NCBI GenBank assembly: GCA_003427395.1
Contig: BFEA01000046.1
Coordinates: 455,279 to 519,278, forward strand
Direction of reading: 5' to 3'
DNA length: 64,000 nt
DNA from: Chara braunii
Lineage: Eukaryota > Plantae > Charophyceae
Shown: positions 38,244 to 50,127 of the stretch, one piece after another
Layout: every line of letters begins with the position of its first letter
Numbering within the stretch: position 1 is the first letter of the stretch
Translations under genes and position numbers: made by a program
The notes under the pieces: model-generated
What the model was told of the DNA's origin: nothing
The model's database searches: none
The model's input: only the letters and a program-made list of their open reading frames with translations

Positions 38244-40432
38244 ACTACCATCGTCTTTTGGATTCAATAGAATCTGGCGCAGGGGTATTATGCGCTGAAG
38301 GAAAGTTGTGCTAAAAAGTGCTTGGCAGCGAGGGGATGAAGGAGATGGCGAAAGCTAAACGAGGCGAAACGAAGAAAGTAGGGTTCGCGCGATTCCTAAC
38401 AGAGTCAGGCGGAGGAGAAGCTGATCTCGGGGTTATCAACCACGGCGAGCCCATCTGGGAGGTTTGTTCAGTTGAGAGAGAGATAGATGAGAAAGAGGGA
38501 GTGTCGGGCCATGGTGGAGAGAAGGTGAATAGGAAAAAGATTATGTTAGTTCGGCCATCTCTCGGTCGATTCCGGCAAGGAAAGGGTCCGAATCGGGGTT
38601 TTGAATGAAGGCTAGTCCAGAATTGTTGTTAGTTGAAGCGATAAATATTAGAATAGGTGGTGGTGGAAAAACGAAGTGCGCGGAAGTTTTCGGAAGAGAG
38701 GATGGCAGAAATCGAAGGATGAGTAAGCTCACGCCGTCAACGAACTTGAGTAGAAGAAGAAGAGAGATTGGAGGTCTCCGGCATCACGCATCCGATGGAA
38801 AACTCGGATTGGTGAATAGATAACGCATTCTGCAATCGGACTAGTAGGGGGCGCACGTAGGAAGAACGACTAGAACGCATGTATCTTTCTGCGTTCTAGT
38901 GGAAGGTTCGTGCTCGTTTTACAAGTGCAGTAAGTCGGATTGCAGATCTTGTTCTCGTCGGGATCGCTACAGCCTTCCTCTTTGTCATCGAGCTTGGTCA
39001 CCGTTCGAGCAAGGTAGTTCTTCCGCTGATCGGAACTTGGTCGTATTCTCGACCAAGTGCATTCGCTCAGCCAAGGGGCCGTGAGCCGCTTGAGTGGAAG
39101 CGAGCGCAAAGACAGTGTATGAGGAGAGAGAAAGACAGCAGGGAGAGGAAGTAGAGTTCTTACCTGCGGAGCATAATCCAAGATTATAAGCGGAAGATCT
39201 GTTTGGTTGCTCACCCGATCAATGAAAGTAGCGTGAGGCTAGCCGCGATGCTGAAGACTTACCTGTTGGATGGCGTGTTGCTCTCCCGTCCGACTGAAGC
39301 ATCTATGAGGCAAGCAGTTTGCCTATGTGCTTGAGAACGGGAAGATAGGCTCCACATCCTTGCGAACCGGAGGGCTACAGGAAGTCGCGATTTGAAGTCT
39401 TACCCGCAGATGGTGTAATGCTCACCTTGTTGGTCAGGGTGGTTGTGCGAGTCTAGCTGCAGGAGTGAAGAAGTCATTTGTTGACTGTCGCATTGTCTAT
39501 TCTGTCGGGAGAGGTGGCCGGGGAGAATTGCAAGGCTCACTTGATTGCCTACGCACGGCCCGCCCTTCTAATGGGAAGAGTAAGGAGCGAGCCAAAACTT
39601 AGTTGTTGATCAGCGCATTGCTCATCTCACCGAGGTAGGAGAGAGTGAGACCAGTTGTAAAGGCTGTGTACTTACCTACTAGGCGAGCGTTGTCTATCCC
39701 ACCGGAGCAAAAGGTAAGCTGGGGGAGGAGAAGACTGTGTTTTCCTTCGTTTGACCCGCGATCTGTATTTCAGGTGGTCACCAGAGCATTTCAAACCACA
39801 AGCCTTGCAGGAGGAACTCAGCTTGAGGAAAGGAAGTGTTGCAGCGAATTTGGAAGGCCGTAAGGAAGTCGACAGCCGGAAGTTTGACTAAGGTTGACCA
39901 AGTTGCTGCCCGATTTTGGCCGCCACTGTGGGGCCCTCAGGCGAAGTTAAGGAACCAAGGCCCTCTCTCGCGAGTCCGAGCGCACCATCCTTGTATCTGA
40001 GAGTCTCAACCTATCTCCTTTTGCCTTTTTAACTCTCAGTCTAGTCCTTGGTTAAGAGAGGAAGGCGGCAGGCGGGATTGCAACCCATAGGACAGCAGCA
40101 AGACTCTGTGGGGAGTCCACCCACCGATTGCGGAAGCTATGCCGGAACCTAGGCAAGGTTCTGGAGGCAGGGAACCATCAAGTATCCAATTTTTTGCCTA
40201 TATGACCCCACAATACTAATGTTTGCCTATCTCCTTTTAGTTTGACTGATATATGCATGAGATTGCCCCTATGACTTTGCTTTCTTTCAGGACCTAATCA
40301 GACTTAATGAAAGGAATGTGTGAGAGTGAAGCATAAGTTTTATTTTTATTTTGATTGAAAACAAACAAAGGGGGGTGAACTGGGGGAAGGTGGGAGGAAG
40401 GCAATTTTGCATGTGTTTGACCGGGTCAACCA

Positions 40433-41047
40433 AGGACTGGGCATTGTTTCTAAGCTCCAGGGCTACGTTTATTTGGCTGTTTTCTGAAGGGTCAGACATT
40501 TTTTGTAAGCTGAATGGCCTGGTCGCTGTGTTGAATTTTTGAGGGTTGCCTGTTTTGAAGTGTTTAAGTTCTTGTTTTATTCTGAGGGAGGATTTTGGTC
40601 TAAGGTTGAGCAGTGTTTCTAATCTGAATGGTTTAGCCTGAAAACCACGCACATAAGTATAAACTGAGTATAAAAGAAAGAATTCTACTTATATTTGCAT
40701 GTGAACTGGCAGATGGACATTGTTTCCAAGCCGAATGGTCCAGCACTAAGCCATATCGCTAAGAAGAGAAGGGAAATTACAGAGTATAATTGGAAGTAGT
40801 CTAGGCAAGTTGAACATTGTTTCCAAGCCGAATGGTTCAGTCCCCTGCCCAAATTTGCATTTCTTTTGAGAACAAAGTCAGAGAGCTATTAAATTTTGGA
40901 TATTAAACAGTTTAGGGCGGCTAGACATTGTTTCCAAGCCGAATGGTCTAGTCATATGCCCAAAGAAGAGAAAAGTAGTAGTGCAACCTGTTCGTGTATA
41001 TCTTAGGGCACGTTGGACATTGTTTCGAAGCAGAATGATCTAGCATT
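40433..41047 (+). repeat. Hairpin array in 3' LTR
   Basis: Same units as 23531-24147; first unit partly deleted. Confidence 0.85.
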
Positions 41048-43802
41048 GTGCCATATGTAAGTTGGGTATAAAGATTGAATCATCTGAGGGTTTCATGAAC
41101 TATCTTATATGAAATGACTTGGGGTTGGTGAGAGAACTTACCTTTGTGGTTTGGCCTGCATGTGACTGAGTGAGATGACTACCTAGGTTGATTTTCAGTT
41201 TGATAGGTAGTTGCTTTAGCTGCTCGCCACGTGCAAGAGCGATAGTAGTTAGTTTCAATTCCTGCATTTTTTGAGTTAACTTTTTTTGCTTAGGTCAATT
41301 CTCGCATTTTTTTGGATCATTTTTTTTATATACTTGGTTTTGTATAAATCTTGGCTAGCTACTTTCTCTACGCGATGCGCTGCCGAAATTTCTACAAAAC
41401 CAAGGAGTTAGTCAGACTTTGTTTTTTTCAGGCTACTTTCTCTACGGGAAGCGTTGCTGAAATTTTTTCAAAACCAAGGAGTTAGTCAGACTTTGTGTTT
41501 TTCAGGGTCCAGGTTTTCTTACTTTTTGGCTAAGTAAAAATCTGGAAAACCTCCTTTTCTAAAGGGAGTGCTGCCCAAAATTTTGCTAATTCAGGGAGTT
41601 GGACAAAATAAAACCTTGAGAAGTCAAAGTCATTTTAGATTCTGAACTTAGCTTTGTATAAATATTGGAATAACACTTTCCTAACGGGAACCGCTGCCGA
41701 AATTTCTACAAATCTAAGGAGTTCATTAAATTTTGTCTTTGTTGAACTCATATCTTGTTGTTGAGTTCATATCTGACTTAGTATAAATATGGGAAGTCTA
41801 CCTTTCTAAAGGAAGTGCTGCCCAACTTTTTACTAATTGAGGGAGTTAAACAAATTTTGACTTTGCTGAGTCAGAGATTGTTTTTGTTTTCATATTTGAG
41901 GTATTATAAATTATGCGAAGGTACTCTTTCTATAGAAAGCGCTGTCGAAATTTTCTTTGTTAAGGGGAGTTAGATTATATTTTGACAGGTGACAGATCTA
42001 GCAATCCACTCTGCATAGAGGAGATTCTGCCAAAGGTCTACCTTTTCATTAGGCACTGACTTAGGGGTAAGCTTAGATTTAGTTAAGTAGAAAGATTTTT
42101 GAGTGAGGTCGGGATATTGAGATTATTCTTCGTGGTCTACCTTTTCATTAGGCACTGACTTAGGGGTAGACTTGGATTTAGTTAAGCAGAACGATTTTTG
42201 AGTGAGATCGGGATATTGAGATTATTCTCTGTGGACTTATAGGTTTACCTTGGGATATTGACCTGTCTTGTGTTACAGGTCCTTTTGATCGCTTGATTCG
42301 AGATGAGGATTAGGTTCAGCAGGTTCCTTGAGGATCACCTTCTGTTATCACTGATAATTGGTCGGTTGCCGATTCGTCGGTCTACGATTCAACTCCAATT
42401 CATTCTCAATACTCAACCTAAAAAGGTTTTAGTCCTGATGATTTTTGTTGTTTTATTAAGGTTTTACCCGGACTTTTATTGAATGCTCATTTAACTAAGG
42501 TACTGAGTATTTAATTATGGTTGGTTCGACAAGGGTTGGGGCTTGCATGACTAAAGCGAGGGGTATGAGTATAGAGGTTGGTTGAAGTTGACTCTGTGTA
42601 GTGCTTGGATTTTTTTTTGTTGACTGTTTGATGTGATTGCAGGTGTGTATTGTGGTTCGGATTTTGGATTCGACTGTCTGCGATCACACATATACATATG
42701 GTTGTGAGGAGTCCCACTATGATTGTGAGAATTGATCGTCACATACATATTCTCTTTTACATGTATATATGTATGTATCTATATTGGGTATTCGCGTGGC
42801 CTGAGGGGCCCACGCTTAAGGGTTTAATTGAGGTTGAGATTGAGAAAGGGAAGAAAACCCCTCTATTTGGTGCATGCTTCTTAAAGATTTCTTAGTCGGA
42901 TGTTGGTCCTGGGCTTGGATTCGAGGTCCTTGTCCAGGACATCCCAGACCCTAGACTCTGCATGGAAGGGATGTCCTCCTGCGTGGAGCCTATTTGCCCT
43001 GCGTGCCGAGACATTCGGCTTAAAGGCCGAAGATGTCGCGGTGGTCGCACGACTATTCCGTCAGCCGTGCAATATCGTGAGGGGGTAGACCCTCACGATA
43101 CTTTGAGAGTGACACTTGAGTGTCATAAGCAATGCTCGGATCCACGAAGGACCGCTTGATTATGGGCACTACACAGTATGTCATCATTGCGACTGCTTGC
43201 GTATTCATGCATTGCTAGTCGATATGATTTAGCCCTCCGTCCGCGCGGGTCTCACGATACTTTGAGATTGACACTTGAGTGTCATAAGCGGTGCTCGGAT
43301 CCACGAAGGACCGCTTGATTATGGGCACCGCATAGTACGCCATCATTGCGATGGTTGCGTATTCATGCATTGCTAGTCAATATGATTATCCTTGCGTCCG
43401 CGCGGTTTTGTACTAAAGTCTCGCACACGACGTCTATCCGATTTTCCCATCGGAAAGTTATGGGATGGTTGCTAAGGGACTAGGAGTATTGTCACGTTGT
43501 TTGTTCTGTGTCGTTTCGTGTATATGTATGTGTGTATGTTTTTATTATTATGTTATTTAGAGTGGCCTGCGCGGGGCGTGTGGGATGCGTCCTAGTCGAC
43601 TGGCGATGAGTCGAGCTTGGGACCTCAACCCCCCCAGATGTCGATTCGTGTGCGGGTCCGATAGAGGCGTAAAACTGCGCGTACGGCCTCTGCTACAACG
43701 TACGAGAAATACCCTCTGCTAGTCCACCTCTGCGATTGCAACTGATCAACTTTCGTACTGTGGACTGGTAGCTCGGGGGGGGTAGGCCCACCGAAGGGAG
43801 GT

Positions 43803-44028
43803 TTTGCTTTTATTTTATTAGTTTGGTTTTGCATTTATTTCATTTTCTCACAATGAAGGGAGGTCATTTAGTACCCAATGCTTGGTAATCTTTTGTTAAA
43901 ATGATTTATGAATTCGTTCTAAACTTAGTCAATGAACAAATAAGTGTTGCACAAACAATTAAACAACGATTTTTTTCTTTCATCTTTGTTACTTTTACTT
44001 TTTTATTATTTTGAAATCTTATTGGTAA
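43803..44028 (+). pseudogene. atp6: Mitochondrial atp6 fragment (NUMT)
   Basis: GGHLVPNAW*SFVKMIYEFVLNLVNEQIS...KQRFFSFIFVTFTFLLF*NLIG. Confidence 0.85.
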
Positions 44029-44340
44029 GAACACATTATTTTGGATTTGGGATTTGGGATTTTGTCGTTTATTGTATTTATTAATCAATCATTAGGAGGA
44101 TGTTGTTAACCGGGTTTTGGAAATTGTTATGTTCTATCTATTCATTTTCTATGTAATATTCAATGAACAAAATAAAATAGATTTATAAAATTAATATACA
44201 ATATAAAATATCATTATCTGTATGTAGATGTTATACAAAAGAAAAATTCATCAAAATTAAAGCGTTTTCTTTCAATAAACCAATCATGAAAAAGAAGATG
44301 GTTTCATATATACCTGGATAAATTTAACAAATTCAATCAA

Positions 44341-44420
44341 CTCGGCGAAGTCTCATTAATGAATTATAACGATATCGTGAAAATGCTGCACGAACCCAAA
44401 TATATAAAAACATAAAGCCT
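44341..44420 (-). pseudogene. nad1: Mitochondrial nad1 C-terminal fragment (NUMT)
   Basis: Minus strand [17 protein letters not shown] ~ nad1 WVRAAFPRYRYDQLM. Confidence 0.75.
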
Positions 44421-44680
44421 TCAGTTTTTATAATCAACCAAATCGAGCCCGAAATCCAATAAACAATAACCATATTCATGATGGGCAACCAACCAACCAT
44501 ATTTAGAAACTGAGAAGTTTAAGTTAGAAAATAATGAATTCTTGACAGGTAAGCTCACAGGTGAATAAAAACTAATACTAATGATTTGAGAAAGAGTGAT
44601 TATATCTACGTTTTCTCCCTTTTTGATAAAGTCAACGAAGTAGATCATAAACCTAAAATTTTGATTGTTCGGTCGGGTAA

Positions 44681-44925
44681 AACAAACAAATAAAATATTA
44701 GACTTTCAATTTCGGATCTCAATCTTCCAGCTGCTCATGGTGTTTTAAGATTAGTTCTGGAAATGAATGGAGAAGTGGTAGAACGTGCAAAACCACATAT
44801 TGGTTTACTTCATAGGGGTACAAAAAAATTAATTGAATATAAAACCTATCTACAAGCTTGACCTTATTTTGGTCGATTAGATTATATTTATATGATGGCA
44901 CATGAACATGCTTATTGTTTCGCTA
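44681..44925 (+). pseudogene. nad7: Mitochondrial nad7 N-terminal fragment (NUMT)
   Basis: [52 protein letters not shown]. Confidence 0.92.
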
Positions 44926-45410
44926 TATAAAAATAAGATTCTTATTTTTTGTCGTCGATTTTATTTAATTTAATATTTATATAAAAAAAATAATCGCCAC
45001 TATAATTATTTATTATGATAATAAACTTCAATGTCAATTTTTCTTGAATTTCTCTATTCGAAACTAAACACAATTGGCCAATTAAAGAGCCCGTTAAAGC
45101 GATTGAGCCAACTCAATCACCTCTTATCAAAAAAACCCTCACAAAAAGTATTTGAGAGGGTGTAACGAAAAATATCTTTTGGAATTCATAAAGAATTCCT
45201 AAGCAAATCATAGGTTGTGCCGGATATATGAGAATCATTATTCAGATTTAGATAAAAATTAAAAATGGTTTATAAAGACAGAGTTAATAAAAATAATTAA
45301 TAAATTTGCAATTCATTAACTTATTTACGGGATTGAAATCACTATCATCAAGAAAATGATATTGATAATTTATACAGATTAGATTCATTTTGTATTGTAT
45401 TAACGAACTA

Positions 45411-45650
45411 ATACTGCCTGATTTTATAAGAATCAAGTTAGAAAGTTTTAATCGATTCATAGAAAAAGACTTGCCAGAAGAACTTCAAAAAATTTAAGTA
45501 ATGCGAGATTCTAGCGGAGAACTCATGTATTTTTATAATAGAAAAAATATATGTTACAAGAACCAAGTTTCAATGAATAGGAAGCAGTTTATCAAGCATC
45601 AACTTATTCATCAGAATTATATGTACCAACACAGATAACTTACAAAAAAT
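45411..45650 (+). pseudogene. rpoB: Plastid rpoB N-terminal fragment (NUPT)
   Basis: LPDFIRIKLESFNRFIEKDLPEELQK...LQEPSFNE*EAVYQASTYSSELYVP. Confidence 0.8.
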
Positions 45651-45812
45651 AAAAAAAAAACGAAAAGTGAACTAATATTAACGAGGAGCATATATATATA
45701 TATTCGATGATTGATAATTTTCCTTTGTAATAGAGAAATGTCTTTCTCTATTGTATTTTATATTCTATAATAAATAAAATAATCAAAATAAATAGGATAA
45801 AAAATATAATAT

Positions 45813-46931
45813 TAAAAGGGCCCTTATCCGATTCAGACCCTGACTGGCGAGTGCAGCTTAGTGGGGTCACTCGCCCAGAGCCCAACTCATGAAAGCAGAT
45901 CAAAGGGCATGTTCTCTGGTTCAAAAGTCACATCCAAGCTAAAGTAAAAGTCAATGTCAAAGATCACAGTTGTGCCCCTGGACGAACAGTTGCAATATTC
46001 AGATGTGGGAGTCACATCTGTTCATCCAGGGGGTGTGCAGGTCATGTCTGTTCATGCAGTATGTGTGTCTGTTCGAGCAGTAGGTGTGCCTGTTCAAAGG
46101 AAGTCAAAAAGATAAAGTCTTAGTCAAGATTAAAGTCAAAAGGAGAGTCTAGATACAAACTGAAAGTCCGAACTTAAGGGTTGCAGGCCGCAGCAGTAAT
46201 GACCCTTGAGGATAAGGGTCTTGGACACACTCCACAGAGGTTGGGACTGGGAAAGGACCCAAGACAGACTGAATTTAGACCTCGCAAGGGGAGGCCAGCA
46301 TTATAAAGAACGAAGCAGCCTCCCCACAAGGCAGATGCCCCATTGCGATTGATGTGTGGAAGTGCTGAGGCACTTCTGCGCTATAGTGCCGGGAGGAGCG
46401 CTGGTTGAAAGGGAGCTGCGCCAGAAGGAAGGGAAGCTGGGCGCTGGCTGCAGGAGAAGCCATAGCTGCGCTAGTCTGTATTAGTAATAGCAGTCGGAGG
46501 ATTAGTAGTGGGATATTAGTGAGTTGCATTCATAGTAGGTTCTCGTAAACAACAAGTATGCATGCATGGTGAGACAAGGGAATCAGGACAAAGATCTTGA
46601 GAGAGAAGGGAGAGAGAGAGAGAAGACATGTTATGACGTTGAATATGGTGGATACTTACCTGTTGGCGCCATACTTGTGATATGGGGCAGACGTTGGCTG
46701 AGCCAGGCCCTGTGTGTATGATTGAAGGAGGGAGAGACTTGTATTCTGTGGGCGCTGAACTCTTAAGCTCGAGGTACTATTGTATAATGTGATTTTAATA
46801 TTATAAGTTGCGCTATCTGGTTCTCATCTCATCTCGACTTGGCTTTGTGTGAAGCTACTCAATCTGTGTGTTGACATTTGTGCATGCGAAATGATACACT
46901 CCAGCAAGTGTGAACAGTGAAGTTCTTTGCA
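45813..46931 (+). repeat. 5' LTR (~1.12 kb)
   Basis: Direct repeat of 53686-54473; ends ...tttgca just before the PBS. Confidence 0.88.
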
Positions 46932-46934
46932 ATT

Positions 46935-46945
46935 TGGTATCAGAG
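46935..46945 (+). promoter_or_regulatory. Primer-binding site for initiator tRNA-Met
   Basis: tggtatcagag 3 nt after the LTR end. Confidence 0.9.
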
Positions 46946-47615
46946 AATGACTCATTGCGCTCGCTGACGCGCTGGCATGAGTAAGGCCGGTTAGGAAGAC
47001 ATGTTGGCTTGAAGATGCTGGCTATGGCGGAGGTGTAAGGAGAGAGGTGGACTGGGATAGGAGGGAGGAGTAGGCCGAAGAGGAAGGGGCTAAGGAAAAG
47101 TACTTACCTCACGTGGAGCTTTGGAGTGCGGAGCGACGAGGAGACTTCATCAACGACAGTTGCAAAAGAGAGAAGAATCCCTCATCCCCTTACCTGGCTG
47201 CATGTGTGCGTGTGAGTTGTACCTCTACTTCTCCTCTCTGGTGGTCGCTGCTGCGGCTGTCAGGTCGAGTCACCTGGTGTACAGCCTGGTTGATTAGGAT
47301 CGAAGGGTCTGGTCACGTCAGAGGTAAGAGTGGTCAGAGTCCTTGTTCGATTCTATCTTCTTCCCTCTGGTCTGACATTTGTGCTGTAGTAAAGATAGGA
47401 GTACGCTAGGGGGTTGTGGCGGTCTGCCACGTCAGCTTGCAAACAAGGTATAAGGCACAATCAAACTGGGCAGAGATAATCTATGATAGAAGTGTTGTCC
47501 AGGCATCTGACATAGTAAACACTCCAGTTTCTCCCTGCGCATGAGAACAGACAAATAGGGTTAGTAAAAAAAGAAAAAAAGGAAAAAAATTACAACCAGT
47601 TAGAACAAATTCAGG

Positions 47616-47650
47616 CAGACTTCTGACTAAGATCAAGTGTAGTATCTATT
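47616..47650 (+). ncRNA. U2 snRNA fragment (U6 helix I / branch-point recognition region) in retrotransposon leader
   Basis: cagacttctgactaagatcaagtgtagtatctatt vs U2 CGGCCTTTTGGCTAAGATCAAGTGTAGTATCTGTT; 21 nt contiguous identity (47627-47647). Confidence 0.85.
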
Positions 47651-47949
47651 TGAAGTTGAAGACAGACAACAACAACAAAAAAAGATTTTATTGAATATTA
47701 AAGTTTTGAAAGTTCTGAAATGCGTTACTGTTGAAGCAGCGACATCCAAAGTCTGAAAAAAAAAGAGTAAATTATCATCCCATCCACGACAGATTAGACC
47801 AAGGTTAATTGGTGGGAGTCTTACCTGGTGGGACCAGCGGAGGGTTACTTGTGTTGAGTTCCATCATGGACGACTACCATATGCAAGGGTTGTTGGCCCT
47901 TTCTGTTCTGATGGGCTCCTTGTTCAGAGTTTTCTTTCCCCTGGGCTTC

Positions 47950-49980
47950 GGGAGAATATGTACCTCTCGTATGATAACCAGAATCAGGTGTTGTGAAGCC
48001 TGGGCTATCGGGCTGCAGAGCAGGCTGAAGTAGATCGCCGCCTGGCCGAAAAGAAGAAATAAAAAGAAGAGAGGATAAGACAGAAGGAAGAAGAGATAAA
48101 GAAGAAAGTGCAAATGAAAGAAGAAAAAATGAAGAAAGAAATGAAAGAAAAACTAGAGGAGTTGAAAGAAGAACGACATACCATAGAAGAAGAAGAAGAG
48201 ACTGATGAGGGAGGTGAAAAACTCATTAGACGGCGGACAGAAAGGGGAGAGAGTAGTCAAGCAGGTGGTGAACTTGATGTCAAACCACTGGACTGGTACG
48301 ACCAGTATGCATATTCCAGCGATAGGATTGAGGAAACGGAGGAAGAAAGGGACGTGTTCATTGCGAGACTGGCAACTGTTATAGACCAGAAAGAAAAGGA
48401 CCTTATGCTTGAGGAAAAACGTGCAGAGCTGCATAGTAAAATGTTAGCAGCAAAGCGGCAAAAACTTGATGAGAGGAAAAGGTTGCAAGTAGAGGGTGCA
48501 AGATTGCAGAGAGAGTTGCAATCGCAAAAAAAAAAACAGATTGCAACCAACGAGAAGCTTGCCCTTTGGACAGAAACAGTCCTTCATACCAAACAAGAGG
48601 TAGCAACAATGAACCGAACCTTGCAAAAAGTGGAAACGCACCAATATGAGTTTGAAGGAATTTGGAATACCTTTCTGCAAAAATCCGCCAAAGCTGTGGA
48701 TCTGCATATACAATCGTAAATTGAAAAATTAGATAATCACATCACCCAGACCTTTACTCCTGCCGTGATTCATAAGATAGTCCGAGGCAGCGGCGGAGGA
48801 GGAGGAGATGGAGATGGAGACGGAGATGGGGGAAATGATAAGAAAGGGAAGGGAGTGCAGCGGGAAGCTAAAGACACTGATGTAAGAAAAATAAAGGTTA
48901 AAGTTTTGTGGACCTACACTGACAAGAAGGAGGAGAGTGTCCTTCATTGGATTGCGGCCGTAGAATCATATGTATACGGTCAGCGCATACCTTATTGGGA
49001 TAGAGTTCTTATGGCCACTTCGTGCATGGTCGGCGATGCGATGAGCTTCGTCATATCGTTGCAAAAAGAAGCTAACTGCGATACCATGATTGCATACTCA
49101 CAGCAAACTAGAATTGAAGACTTCTTTAAAGCTATCAGAGAACGATTTGAAAACAAGAATCTGGCTCGTCGGACAAAAATGCTAATTTTAAATATCGCAA
49201 ATCAGAAATGGAAGAGTGCATTTGCACTCAAGGCAACGATGGATGAACTCTTGCAATGCGCAGAACATGGGCTAACTCCTACCCAAATCCTCAACTACTT
49301 CGCAAGGGCACTTCCTGACGTTCTCCGTACTCAACTTTATCCCCGCACAAAGGAAGAGGGGATGACGTACCAGAAGTTCAGCAAGATCGCTATAGATCAT
49401 GCTGACTTCTTGGTTGAAGCTAATTACTACCATTATTGGAAAGATCTGCAAGCGGGAAAGAAGTGGCAGAACTGCACAATCTCAAGGAATATACCTGGGA
49501 AAGACAACCTCCTTCTGACCTTTGAAGAAGGAGGTGTCGAAACTCTTTCCTATGACCAAATAGATTATGGTCTGGAGGGAGGATCCAATGGCACGGTAGT
49601 TCGGGAGGGGGACTACGCGGCCGTCGCAGCCCGCGGGGGAGGGCGTCAAGGAAGAGGGCGTGGCCGAGGAAGAGGTCGCGGCCGTGGTGGACGAGGATTC
49701 GACACCCAGAGGGGTAGTGGTGAAGGAAACTACTACGGGGGTGGAAGGGGGAATGGTCCCTCGCAAGGTGGTCGCGGTTCCAATTCTACCTGGGGAAGAG
49801 GAAAAGGCACTTGGTATGGTAACTGGGTTAGGCCATATCCACCTCATCCAGGTTTGCCTGAGGGGAGCCTTGGAAGAAATTGGGGACAACAGAAAAAGTC
49901 TGGCAAGAAAGAAAAGTCGTCAGACAGTGCCTTAAGTGTGGTGACCCCGACCCCATAGTTCCCTACTGCCCGGATTATAA
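47950..49980 (+). pseudogene. gag: gag with N-terminal coiled-coil region
   Basis: K/E-rich coiled coil, retrotransposon-gag domain, RGG-rich region, degenerate knuckle CLKCGDPDPIVPYC. Confidence 0.85.
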
Positions 49981-50127
49981 GGTAGTAAAAGGGAACAGCC
50001 AGTAGAGGTCTCAGTTGCCTCTACGGGAACTTCGGATGTAGAAAGAAAGACATCCTCCCATCCGAAGGTTCCGCTGGCAGAAACTGAAGAGGAAGTCAGC
50101 CCCCACCTAGTACACTATCCAGAGGTA

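Larger units (their letters stand above)
19692..43802 (+). mobile_element. Large Ty3/Gypsy LTR retrotransposon with ~7-kb LTRs and a second gag-like ORF (degenerate)
   Basis: Two long direct repeats starting TGTC enclose PR-RT-RH-IN in Gypsy order. Confidence 0.8.
36616..43802 (+). repeat. 3' giant LTR (~7.2 kb), end abuts organellar insert
   Basis: Starts tgtccgtgcgaat after ggggacgtcgc...ggtccggtaagt; collinear with 5' copy up to cccaccgaagggaggt. Confidence 0.8.

Noticed and set aside
43092-43410. ~159-bp tandem duplication in the 3' LTR only
   Set aside because: Real but an ordinary local duplication
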